Assembly: GCA_050115495.1 (NCBI GenBank)
Contig: JASFQK010000003.1
Location: forward strand, 64,001 to 128,000
Direction of reading: 5' to 3'
Source: Phycisphaerae bacterium
GTDB lineage: Bacteria; Planctomycetota; Phycisphaerae; UBA1845; Fen-1342
DNA length: 64,000 bases
Shown here one piece after another: positions 1-8,854 of this stretch. The first letter of the stretch is position 1. Each line of letters starts with the position of its first letter. The translations under genes and the position numbers were made by a program. The notes under the pieces were generated by a model that did no database searches, was not told where the DNA came from, and saw only the letters and a list, made by a program, of their open reading frames with translations.

Positions 1-294
1 ACGCGAACACCGCTTCTGTGAATCCGGCACGACGGATCCGATTACTTAATCTGTCTGCCATGCGTCCGCGCATGTCTCGCCCCGGAATCTCCGCGCCGGT
101 CACTTCGAAACGACACCTGTTATCAGGCGCGTATGTATCGGTCCTGGGGGGCTTTCACGATTTTGCCGCCGAACGTTGACGACCGCGTCTGTGCCGTCCT
201 ACCACCCATGATGAGGCTGACAGTTCTGGGAGATCGGCGGCACTGCCAAGTGTGACAACGAGCGAGCCCCGGAGAGGGTTGGAAAGGAAGAAGC

Positions 295-879
295 ATGACT
301 CGGAAGCAACTGATTTTCGCGGTGTGTTCGGCGGCGGTCGTACTGGCCATTCCGAGCGTCGTTCGGGCCGATATCCACACGCTGCGACCCACGCCGGCGG
401 ACCTCGGCGACCTCGACCACGGTGTGTACGTCACGTGGGGCGTCGACTGGAGCGTGCCGACCGGCGAGGAGATCATCGCGGCCACGCTGGCCATCGAGAA
501 CCTCAATGACTGGACGGTGGAAGACGACGACATCATCTACATGCACCTGCTCGATGAGGCTCTGCCGGGCGTGCATTCCTGGACTGACCACCAGGGCGGC
601 GGCGACGCCTTTGAAGGGCAGGGCGTCCTCCTGACGACCTTCAGCGACGACGACGGCTCGCCCAACGCGCCGGAGGATTGGAGCTACAGCTTCACGCCGG
701 CGCAGATCGACGCGCTGACGGACTACGCGGCGGACGGTCACTTCGGGCTCGGCTTCGATCCGGACTGCCATTACTACAACGACGGCGTGTCGCTGACGGT
801 TCAGACGGCCTCGATCCCGGAGCCGGCCAGCATGGTGCTGCTGGCGGCGGGGACGTTGTTCGTGAACCGCCGGCGGTAG
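295..879 (+). CDS. PEP-CTERM sorting domain secreted protein
   Basis: Signal peptide; C-terminal IPEPASMVLLAAGTLFVNRRR (PEP + TM helix + basic tail); AGGAAG upstream. Confidence 0.9.
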   Translation: MTRKQLIFAVCSAAVVLAIPSVVRADIHTLRPTPADLGDLDHGVYVTWGVDWSVPTGEEIIAATLAIENLNDWTVEDDDIIYMHLLDEALPGVHSWTDHQGGGDAFEGQGVLLTTFSDDDGSPNAPEDWSYSFTPAQIDALTDYAADGHFGLGFDPDCHYYNDGVSLTVQTASIPEPASMVLLAAGTLFVNRRR

Positions 880-954
880 GTCGGGTTCCGGCCGGACGCA
901 GGCCACGAGATTCGGCAGAAGCAGGCCCAACGCGACATGCGCGGCCTGCTTCTG

Positions 955-2124
955 TCATTTGCGCTGCGCTCGGCCACGTCCTCTTCGGCGTGCAGTGGCA
1001 CGCGTGGGCGCTGGCGACAGGCGTGCCTGCACCAGCCAGCCGCTGCCCAGCGTTCGCAGCTTCGTGTTCGCGGGTAATCGCAGTGCGTCGCGCACCTCCG
1101 TCGGCCCCATGCCGTCGAGCGGTCCGGGCGCGCCGCGGCCGCCGATGAGCCGGTTGGCAATGTAGATGTGCACCTCGTCCGCCAGCCCCTGATCGAGCAG
1201 GTTCCCCAACAGCAGGCCGCCACCTTCGACCAGAACGTTCGTCATCTGCTGCTCGCCGAGCACGTCGAGCACACGCTCCAGCGACACGCCACCGCCCGTG
1301 TCGACCGGCACGGGCCAAACCCGACAGCCGGCCGCAGCCAGCGCCTCACGCCGTGCTTTCGGCGCGTTTTCAGCGCAGAACAGCCACGTCGGCACCTTGT
1401 CGGCGGTGCGGACCAGCGTCGCCGTGCGGGGTGTACGCAGTCGCGTGTCGAGGACGATGCGCGTCGCGATTCGCCGCGACCGGCCGACGCGGCAGGTGAG
1501 CATCGGGTCGTCGCGCTCCGCCGTCCGCCGTCCGACGATGATGGCGTCGAGCACGCCGCGAACGCGATGGGCGTGCGCCCGTTGCGTCTCGTCGCTGATC
1601 CAGCGGGCGTCCCCCGTGCGCGTGGCGATCTTGCCGTCGAGGCTTTGGGCCCACTTGAGAATGACCCACGGCCGCCGTCGCCGGATGAGCTTGGCGAACG
1701 GGGCGACGAGGGCGGTGGCCTCTTCTTCCAGGACGCCCGCCTCGACCGCGATTCCCGCCTGCCGCAGCAGACGAAGCCCGCAGCCGGCCACTCGCGGATT
1801 CGGATCACGCCCGCCCGCCACAACACGCCCCACGCCCGTGGCCTTGAGCGCCTCCGTGCACGGCGGCGTCTTCCCGTGATAGCAGCACGGCTCGAGCGTT
1901 ACGTACACCGTCGCCCCGCGTGCCCGCCGCCCGGCGATGCGCAGCGCCTCGATCTCCGCATGCGGCCCGCCGAACTTGCGGTGATACCCCTCGCCGACGA
2001 TCCGCCCCCCGCGCACGATCACGCAGCCGACCATCGGGTTCGGCTCGACACGCCCACGCCCGCGCTCAGCCAGCGCCAGGGCGCGGCGCATGAACGTCAC
2101 ATCGTCCCGGCCGCCGTCATTCAT
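955..2124 (-). CDS. ribD: Bifunctional riboflavin biosynthesis deaminase/reductase RibD
   Basis: PNPMVGC, HAE, TLEPCC..GKTPPC, KWAQSLDG and VEGGG motifs; start chosen at MNDGG (2124). Confidence 0.96.
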   Translation of the reverse strand: MNDGGRDDVTFMRRALALAERGRGRVEPNPMVGCVIVRGGRIVGEGYHRKFGGPHAEIEALRIAGRRARGATVYVTLEPCCYHGKTPPCTEALKATGVGRVVAGGRDPNPRVAGCGLRLLRQAGIAVEAGVLEEEATALVAPFAKLIRRRRPWVILKWAQSLDGKIATRTGDARWISDETQRAHAHRVRGVLDAIIVGRRTAERDDPMLTCRVGRSRRIATRIVLDTRLRTPRTATLVRTADKVPTWLFCAENAPKARREALAAAGCRVWPVPVDTGGGVSLERVLDVLGEQQMTNVLVEGGGLLLGNLLDQGLADEVHIYIANRLIGGRGAPGPLDGMGPTEVRDALRLPANTKLRTLGSGWLVQARLSPAPTRATARRRGRGRAQRK

Positions 2125-2128
2125 CGTT

Positions 2129-2986
2129 CTATTTGGTTTTCTCGCCCTTGCTGTTGCCGTCACGCTCGACGGTCAGGAGGAAGTCCTCGTCGGTGAGGTG
2201 CACGTCCGTGTTCACGTTCTCGTAGAAGTACGCCTCGGCAATCCGCTCGGAAGCGTACTTGATGACCGTGCCCGCCGGCAGGTCCGTGGCCACGTCGATG
2301 TACAACTCCTGGATGGATGGCTGTCCGCCGACCTCCGGCTTGACCATGTGCAGGTGATGCACCGTGCGCTTCGTCTGTGGCAGTTGGCGGAGTCCCTCGT
2401 ACGTGACGACCGCGGTCTCGCCAGCCTCGGTCAGGGCGGCCTCCGTGCGGTTCATCAATTGCTCGAGGCCGAAATGCGTGACCGGCCGCCGCGACTCCCC
2501 CCACGTCACCGACGCCTGCGGATCGATCCGGTTGATCGAAGGCGGCGCCGCCAGCGGCGGGCACCACCACCGCGTCACGAAACGCACCTTGCCGTCGTTT
2601 TGTCCCTGGGTGTACGTCGACTCGTCGTACTTGAGGTCCTCGTCCCGCCACTTCATTCGCACGCTGTACGGATTCCGGCGGTACCAGCAGGCGATGTGCT
2701 CCGGACCGTGCATGGTCTGGAACAACCCCCGCCGCTCGAACCGCGTGAAATCGAGCGTGTACTGCTCAAGCTTCCGGCATCGCTCCGCCACCGCGTGCAG
2801 GTAGCCTACCGGATCGCGGCGAACGGCCTCGGCCCGGGCGTCCGCGTCGGCGGGCAATACATCCTCCGCCACGCCGGGCAGGGGTTCGATTTCGGCATGA
2901 TGGTTCCCCGCGCAGCCCGTGGTCAGCGACGCACTCAGGCCCAGCACCGCAACCCCCACCAGTGCCGCCCGCAACTCCTTGATCAC
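2129..2986 (-). CDS. DUF1571-like lipoprotein (LolA-like fold, planctomycete family)
   Basis: Lipobox TTGC; PYSVRMKW, RRPVTHFGL, ELYID...LP and YFYENV..DV.LTDEDF pattern. Confidence 0.65.
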   Translation of the reverse strand: MIKELRAALVGVAVLGLSASLTTGCAGNHHAEIEPLPGVAEDVLPADADARAEAVRRDPVGYLHAVAERCRKLEQYTLDFTRFERRGLFQTMHGPEHIACWYRRNPYSVRMKWRDEDLKYDESTYTQGQNDGKVRFVTRWWCPPLAAPPSINRIDPQASVTWGESRRPVTHFGLEQLMNRTEAALTEAGETAVVTYEGLRQLPQTKRTVHHLHMVKPEVGGQPSIQELYIDVATDLPAGTVIKYASERIAEAYFYENVNTDVHLTDEDFLLTVERDGNSKGEKTK

Positions 2987-3089
2987 GCAGATACTCCTGA
3001 ACCGCGCGGCACCGCCGAACCGCCGGCGAGTCGCTCCGCGCCAATGTCAATCATAGCGCGCGGGGGCGATGCCGGCAGGTACGGTTGCC

Positions 3090-4439
3090 TCAATGCATCA
3101 ATTCGCGGGCCCGGGCGGCCACGTCGGCATAGTCCGGCTGCCACCCGAGCCAGATTTGCCGGATGAACCCTGCGCCATCCAGAACACGTAACACCGGCAA
3201 CTGCGGCGGGTTGTCCACACTGCGCAGCGGGCCGGCCAGTACGTGTTCTACACCTGTCGGCAGGCACGGTTGCATCCGCCGAACGAGGGCCACGTTTGCG
3301 TCCACGTTTAGGCAGACGATGCGGATCGATGGGTCGGCGACCGCCGAGCGCAGCTTGTCCACGGCCGCAAGGGTCGCGAATACGTTCGGGTCGCTCGTGC
3401 TCCAGACAAACTCGATCACCGGCGTGCCCAGCAGGTCGTCGCTGCTCAGCGGTTGGCCGGCGACCGTCTCCAGCGACCACGTGGCCGCCGGCTGGTTGAG
3501 CCAGCGCTGGGCGTAAGCCGCCGCCGCCCGCAGCGCCGGCGTCTCCGCCGCCAGGCGCTTCGCTCGTCCACGGGCCAACAGGGCCAGCGGCGAGCCGGCC
3601 TGATGATCGAACTCGGTCGCACTGCCCGCCCAGAGCCGCTGTAGCCGCGACAGCGTCTCCTCGACGGCTCCCGGCTCACGCAGCAGCTTCGCCCGCAGGC
3701 CGTCCTCGTGTTGCTGTGTCCGCTTATATCGCTCGGCTTCCTCGGCACGCCGGCGGGCCCAACGCTCATCGTTCCGCTCACCCCGGCGGAGGACCGTGAC
3801 GGCCTCGGTCCGCCGGCTGGTGAGCCGGTCCTCCTGCCAGGATTCAACGCGGCTGACGAAGCCGCGGTCCGGATCGAACCAGTAGCTCCCACCCTGCGTT
3901 CGGCCCAGCACGCTCTCCGCTTCGGCGGGCCGTTCGAGCCGGAAGTCCACACGGACATGACCCCGCCGCTGGTTGTCCGGACCGACCAGCGTGCACGTCC
4001 GGACGTGCCCTAGCAGGTCCACATCCGCCGGCGTCCGCCAGGTCGGCCCGATCCGCGGCGGCAAACGCAGCACGGGCAGCAGATCGAGCGCCGGGTACAC
4101 CTCTTCGGCGTAGGTGTGACTGCCGGCCAGCCGGCTGCGTCCACGCTCATCGACGTACAGGAGCAACCCGACCGGCGGAGCGGCACCGTCCTGCTCAACC
4201 CGGATCAGGTCCACGAGGACGAGTTGTTCGTCGCCCTTTTGCGCCAGGCACCAGAGCTGAATCTGCTCCGTCGTGCGGGCGAGAACCTGCTCCCCGTCCA
4301 GCGCCTTGACGGTCGTCCGCCGTTCGTAGATCAGCCGATCGCCGACGGCCAGGTTGTAGCGCAGTGACGCATCCTGCGCCGCCGCCAGCCCGCCGGCCAC
4401 GGCCCCGAGCATCAGAATGGACACAATTACGCGCATCAT
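3090..4439 (-). CDS. Secreted protein with C-terminal TlpA/thioredoxin-like domain lacking CxxC
   Basis: Signal peptide; C-terminal WSLETVAGQPLSSDDLLGTPVIEFVWSTSDP...LPVLRVLDGAGFIR resembles a redoxin fold. Confidence 0.6.
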   Translation of the reverse strand: MMRVIVSILMLGAVAGGLAAAQDASLRYNLAVGDRLIYERRTTVKALDGEQVLARTTEQIQLWCLAQKGDEQLVLVDLIRVEQDGAAPPVGLLLYVDERGRSRLAGSHTYAEEVYPALDLLPVLRLPPRIGPTWRTPADVDLLGHVRTCTLVGPDNQRRGHVRVDFRLERPAEAESVLGRTQGGSYWFDPDRGFVSRVESWQEDRLTSRRTEAVTVLRRGERNDERWARRRAEEAERYKRTQQHEDGLRAKLLREPGAVEETLSRLQRLWAGSATEFDHQAGSPLALLARGRAKRLAAETPALRAAAAYAQRWLNQPAATWSLETVAGQPLSSDDLLGTPVIEFVWSTSDPNVFATLAAVDKLRSAVADPSIRIVCLNVDANVALVRRMQPCLPTGVEHVLAGPLRSVDNPPQLPVLRVLDGAGFIRQIWLGWQPDYADVAARARELMH

Positions 4440-4562
4440 GCCCACCCTTTTAGTCCCGCCGGCAGGGCGGTGCAACCGGCTCGCCGCCGCCGCCGCGCAC
4501 GCACGCTTCCCCGGCGCGAGATACATGAGAATCAGCCGATGATGGCAAGCCGGGTCGGATCG

Positions 4563-5561
4563 CTAGCGCCTTCGCAGGGTAGCCAAGCCCGCCAACGCCA
4601 GCGTCACGATCGAAGCGGGCTCAGGGACCCTGCAAACACGCAAGCCGAAGTTGCGGCCTTCGGCCGTCGGGTTGACGCAGCCGGTGTCGTACGCCGCTCG
4701 CAGGTAGACTTCGCCGAAACAGAACGCTCCGCCCCGACTGCCGCGAGTCGATCCGTAGAAGATCGCCTCGGTCCACTCCGCGACGTTGCCGCCCTGGTCG
4801 AACGTTCCGTACGGGCTCGCCGAGTTCTCGTGAGCCCCCACCTCCGTTCGGTAGTACGGACTGCCGATCGTGTAGTCGCCGTCGTCGTACGTGGCATTGT
4901 TGCCTGGGTCAGGATCGACCAGGTCGTTGCTCGGCACGCTGTCGCTGCCGGTTGGATAATCGAAGTAGTTCCCGGTCACGCCGTCGTTCTTGTGATACGC
5001 CGCCTTGTACCACTCATCCTCCCGCGGGATTACCCACGTCGCGTCCGACTTGCGCGTGACCGCGAGCAGGGCGTCGTCACTCATGGCTTCGTTGAGGAAG
5101 TACGATCCATCTTCTGTCGTGCCCAATCCCTGCGAGCCCGTTGGCTGGTCGTTGTGCAGCCAGTTGACGAACCGCGCCGCGTCGCCCCATGAAATGTAGT
5201 TTACCGGGCGGTCGGCCCAATCCTCTGCCACGCGGTACTGGAACGGAGCGCCCGGCGTGCCGTTGCCGGCATAGCGCTCGATCTTGCAGCCGTAGTCGCT
5301 CGACCACATTCTCGGGTTGAACAGTCCGTACGTGTCGACGCCTGCCACGGCATTCAGGAACGCCGTGTACTGCCCGGCCGTCACCTCGCACTTGCCGATG
5401 TCGTACGCGTAATTGACGCGGCCGTGCCCGTCACCGTGGGTGTCCTCCGGATTCCCCGGGTTGCCGACGGTGACCATGTCGATCACCAGTTCAGCCGACG
5501 CACTGACGCCGCAGGCACAAATCACCACCACGGCCAGCGAGCAGCCAATCGTCTTCAACAT
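4563..5561 (-). CDS. SUMF1/FGE-sulfatase-fold protein with PEP-CTERM tail
   Basis: IGKCEVT, RPVNYISWGDAARF, EDEWYKAAY, DQGGNVAEW, RGG...GLRV, then VPEPAS + TM + RRR. Confidence 0.9.
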   Translation of the reverse strand: MLKTIGCSLAVVVICACGVSASAELVIDMVTVGNPGNPEDTHGDGHGRVNYAYDIGKCEVTAGQYTAFLNAVAGVDTYGLFNPRMWSSDYGCKIERYAGNGTPGAPFQYRVAEDWADRPVNYISWGDAARFVNWLHNDQPTGSQGLGTTEDGSYFLNEAMSDDALLAVTRKSDATWVIPREDEWYKAAYHKNDGVTGNYFDYPTGSDSVPSNDLVDPDPGNNATYDDGDYTIGSPYYRTEVGAHENSASPYGTFDQGGNVAEWTEAIFYGSTRGSRGGAFCFGEVYLRAAYDTGCVNPTAEGRNFGLRVCRVPEPASIVTLALAGLATLRRR

Positions 5562-5779
5562 ATCGGCGTCTCCTTCCATTCCGAGTTGATTATTGGCACC
5601 CCTGACAACCACCTCCGCGCAGCCCCACCCGTGGGAGGCTACGAAGCCATTAATCCATACGGCTCCTTACCTGGCGGAGTCAACGATTGATTTCGAAAAT
5701 TGGCGCGAAGATCGGGCGAGCCCTCGTGCACGCCGCAACAGCAGGGGAGCATCGTCTCCCCCTTCTCCGGACACGCCCC

Positions 5780-7105
5780 TCACCGTCCGAGTCCCCGCCG
5801 CCACCGTCGCCACCACGGCGTGCCCGCGGTCGCGTTCATCTCCTGCTGGAGCCGGCGGACGAAGTTCTCGATGATCGCCGGGCGGCACGCGGGCATGTCG
5901 ATCCCCGGCCGTTCCTGGTGATACTGCTCCTCGCCGCCGACGTGCACCCAGCCGTTGTCCCGGCACGTCTCCACCGCATCCGTTCCCGGGAATGGGTAAT
6001 ACGGACGAATGTCGGCGACGTCCGGCCGCAGCCGCCTCAGCAGCGACCGCGCCTCCGCCAGCGACGCCTCGCTCTCGTACGGGCTGCCGAGGTAGAGGAT
6101 GATCCGCGTGTGCACGCCCGCCGCCTTCAGCCACCGCACGCCGGTCTCGATCTGCTCGGCGCTGAGGTCCATTTCGAAGATCTCGTTGCGGATGAAGTCG
6201 CTCGCACTGATGACTTCGAGGTCGGCGTGCGTGCCGCGCGCCGTCGCCAGCCGCCCGACCAGCTCCTCGCTCAACGAGTTCAGCCGCAGGTGACAGCGAA
6301 ACGGCAGGGGGCAGCGCTGCGTGTACACGTCCAGGAACCGCACCAGCCACTCGCGATCGAGCGCGAACGCGTGGTCGAGGAAACGCACCCGGCTCGCCTG
6401 CGGATGCCGCTCGCGCAGTAGGCTGATCTCCGCCAGCACGTTCTCCGGCTTCCGCCGCCGGACCCACGTACCGCGGTCCTCGTAGATCTCGCGCAGCCAG
6501 TCGTTGGCGCAGTACGCACACCGCTGCGGGCAGCCGCGCCCGACGGCGACCTCGATCTCGCCCGTCCGCCGAACGCGTTCGCTGTCGCCGAGCAAGTCGC
6601 GTTCGGCGAAGGGCAGTGAGCCGAGGTCCTCGACGAGGTGCGGCAGATCGGGGCGAGCCAGCCCGCGCTCGTCGCGCAGCCACACGCCGGAGACGACCTG
6701 TCCCGCGGCCGGATCGCGTACGCGTTCGAGGTACGTCACGAGCGACGCATCGGGCTCGCCGATGGCCGCCGCCTCGACCCCCGGCAGGCTCAGCGTGCCG
6801 GCGGGATCAACGGTCGGATACGCCCCACCCGCGACGATCGGCAGGAACTCGTGTTGCTGGAGATACTCGAACGTCCGGCGGGCCGCATCGACGCAGACGG
6901 CGGCGATGTCGGCGTAGACCAACTGCGGCAGCGCCTGCGCCAGCGCGGCTTTCGTGGCTTCGAGGTCGAAGCGCGGCAACCCCAGCAGCGCCAGGTCATG
7001 ACCGCGTTTGCGCAGCAGGGCCAGCAGCGTGCCCAACTGCGGCTCAAAGCGCGGCACCGGCCGCCGACGCGTCTGCGGAGCAAACTGGATCACGAGTATG
7101 CGCAT
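5780..7105 (-). CDS. B12-binding domain radical SAM protein
   Basis: N-terminal cobalamin-binding-like region (IVAGGAYPT, IGEPD); GRGCPQRCAYC; YYPFPGT. Confidence 0.85.
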   Translation of the reverse strand: MRILVIQFAPQTRRRPVPRFEPQLGTLLALLRKRGHDLALLGLPRFDLEATKAALAQALPQLVYADIAAVCVDAARRTFEYLQQHEFLPIVAGGAYPTVDPAGTLSLPGVEAAAIGEPDASLVTYLERVRDPAAGQVVSGVWLRDERGLARPDLPHLVEDLGSLPFAERDLLGDSERVRRTGEIEVAVGRGCPQRCAYCANDWLREIYEDRGTWVRRRKPENVLAEISLLRERHPQASRVRFLDHAFALDREWLVRFLDVYTQRCPLPFRCHLRLNSLSEELVGRLATARGTHADLEVISASDFIRNEIFEMDLSAEQIETGVRWLKAAGVHTRIILYLGSPYESEASLAEARSLLRRLRPDVADIRPYYPFPGTDAVETCRDNGWVHVGGEEQYHQERPGIDMPACRPAIIENFVRRLQQEMNATAGTPWWRRWRRGLGR

Positions 7106-7162
7106 GTTTCTCTGCCGCCCGCTGCGCGCGGCTGGCGGGCCCGAACGTGGTCGACGACCTTG

Positions 7163-7393
7163 TTACACCGGCGTCCTGAAGCCGAGGGCACGCAACGCGC
7201 ACCACCCGGTCGAGGCGGAGAATACCTGAAGACCCCCGAGGATGGCGAGGGCCACGATCAGCGTCCAGCGCAACGGGCCGTGAGGCCCCGCCCCGCTCGC
7301 CACCACGGCGACGAGCGCCCCCAGGCAAATGACCGCCCCGATCACGCGCCCCACTCGATCGCGCGTTGCGAGATTGGGCCTCAGTCGGCTCAT
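7163..7393 (-). CDS. YgaP/DUF2892-like small membrane protein
   Basis: N...DRVGR, two TM helices, GWC.LRALG tail. Confidence 0.7.
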   Translation of the reverse strand: MSRLRPNLATRDRVGRVIGAVICLGALVAVVASGAGPHGPLRWTLIVALAILGGLQVFSASTGWCALRALGFRTPV

Positions 7394-7599
7394 GGCGACG
7401 TGTCTTCGAGAATCGGATCCCAGAACGCCGCGGTCATCGACGGCGGGAACTGGCCGCGTCCCGCCTGAATCACCGGGATCCGCACCGCCAGCTCCGGATG
7501 CCGCAGGTATTCCGTCAGATATGCCGACGTCTCGGCGATGAGCCGAGCGCGCATTTCCTCATAGGTCTCGTGCTGGTTGCGGTCGAACCGGCGGAACAT
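7390..7599 (-). CDS. Hypothetical 69-aa protein
   Basis: GGAGCTGAGG RBS; ATGA overlap with the downstream gene. Confidence 0.65.
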   Translation of the reverse strand: MFRRFDRNQHETYEEMRARLIAETSAYLTEYLRHPELAVRIPVIQAGRGQFPPSMTAAFWDPILEDTSP

Positions 7600-7611
7600 C
7601 CTCAGCTCCGG

Positions 7612-8505
7612 TCAACCCCGCGCTGGAGTGGAGCCGGCCTTGATCGTCCGCAGGGCCCACAAGCTGGCGACGACGCCCACGCTCACCATCTGGAGCGGCA
7701 GCGGACGAACGAGCGCCCACGCGGGGATCGAGTTAAGCTGATTATACTCCGCGGGGATGCCCAGTGCGGGCTTCATCGCCGCCAGTATCACCCCCAGCAA
7801 ACCGGCCAGCAGCGGCGCCGGCCAGAACCAGATCGAATCACGTGCCGGACTGACCCGCGTGCCGGCGAACACACCCACGGCCGACGCAATCGCCACCGCG
7901 AAATACACCTGCCCAGCGAGTGTCTCGCCCGCCGGCGGCCCCGTCAGCAGCAGCATCAGCACCACGAAGACGACCGCCGTCACCACGAGCGACAGCAGAC
8001 CCTGCCCGCGCTTGGTCGCGGAAGCATTCAGGGCAAACGCCCGGCGGACACGCTGCCCCGGGCTATCGGACGTGCCGCCAACCGCCGGTCCCGCCACGAA
8101 GCTGATGCCCGCCGCCACCGCCAACAGCACCACCAGCCAGATGTACTCGAACAGCAGCGGCCAGTAGGGGGCGCTCGTCGGTGGCCCAACCGCTCCGTCC
8201 GGTGACGCCAGCAGCAGCCACTCGTCCATTGTCCCACGCGGATACGCCCACACCGCCAGGGCGATCGCCACGTACATCAATCCCTGCTCACCGTACCGGC
8301 TGCCCGCGATCAGCGGCGCCACGTACGAGCCCGCCCAGACCACCAGCGCCAGTGCCACCGCGGCGAGGATCGGCTGCTCGGTGGCACCCAGGGTTACCGG
8401 TCGGTCCAGACCCACCGGCAGCAGCAGGGGGGCCAGCACGAAGTGCAGCACCGCCCACACCAGCGCCAGGGCCACGAGCGAGCGCACCCGCCGCAGCCAC
8501 GGCAT
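7612..8505 (-). CDS. Hypothetical polytopic membrane protein
   Basis: About 8 hydrophobic segments; start uncertain (8505 or 8607). Confidence 0.7.
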   Translation of the reverse strand: MPWLRRVRSLVALALVWAVLHFVLAPLLLPVGLDRPVTLGATEQPILAAVALALVVWAGSYVAPLIAGSRYGEQGLMYVAIALAVWAYPRGTMDEWLLLASPDGAVGPPTSAPYWPLLFEYIWLVVLLAVAAGISFVAGPAVGGTSDSPGQRVRRAFALNASATKRGQGLLSLVVTAVVFVVLMLLLTGPPAGETLAGQVYFAVAIASAVGVFAGTRVSPARDSIWFWPAPLLAGLLGVILAAMKPALGIPAEYNQLNSIPAWALVRPLPLQMVSVGVVASLWALRTIKAGSTPARG

Positions 8506-8757
8506 CGACGCGGTCGGTTCTCGAACAGCATCGGTGGACACGAATGGGCGACCTGCTCTGGCCGCCGCGGCCACGCGCTTCTCCGCGTCCCCGCAACGGC
8601 GGACCATCTGTTTCTGCCCGCCGCGCCGCGGCAGCCGCGAGCGCGCTAACGGGCTTCTGCGGCCCGTAGGCTAGCACGGCACACGCGGCCCGGTCAACCG
8701 CGGGACGCCCGCGCCGAAGGCTCGCAAAACGGCCAGCTTGCGCCGCGAAAGGGCGGT

Positions 8758-8785
8758 TTGACACCCCAAGGCCCTGCGCTATAAT
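8758..8785 (+). promoter_or_regulatory. Consensus sigma70 promoter TTGACA-N16-TATAAT
   Basis: TTGACA 8758-8763 and TATAAT 8780-8785, upstream of GGAGG RBS and ATG 8855. Confidence 0.85.
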
Positions 8786-8854
8786 TCGCGCTGATTCTGG
8801 ACAAACCGACGACAGCGCGACGTGTCGGTACAGTCGCGCCGCGTGGAGGTTACT

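Noticed and set aside
4563..5561. Diversity-generating retroelement target (FGE/CLec fold)
   Set aside because: No reverse transcriptase and no template repeat differing at adenines was seen.
7390..7599. RiPP precursor for the B12 radical SAM enzyme
   Set aside because: No leader or core pattern, and no peptidase, transporter or RRE domain nearby.
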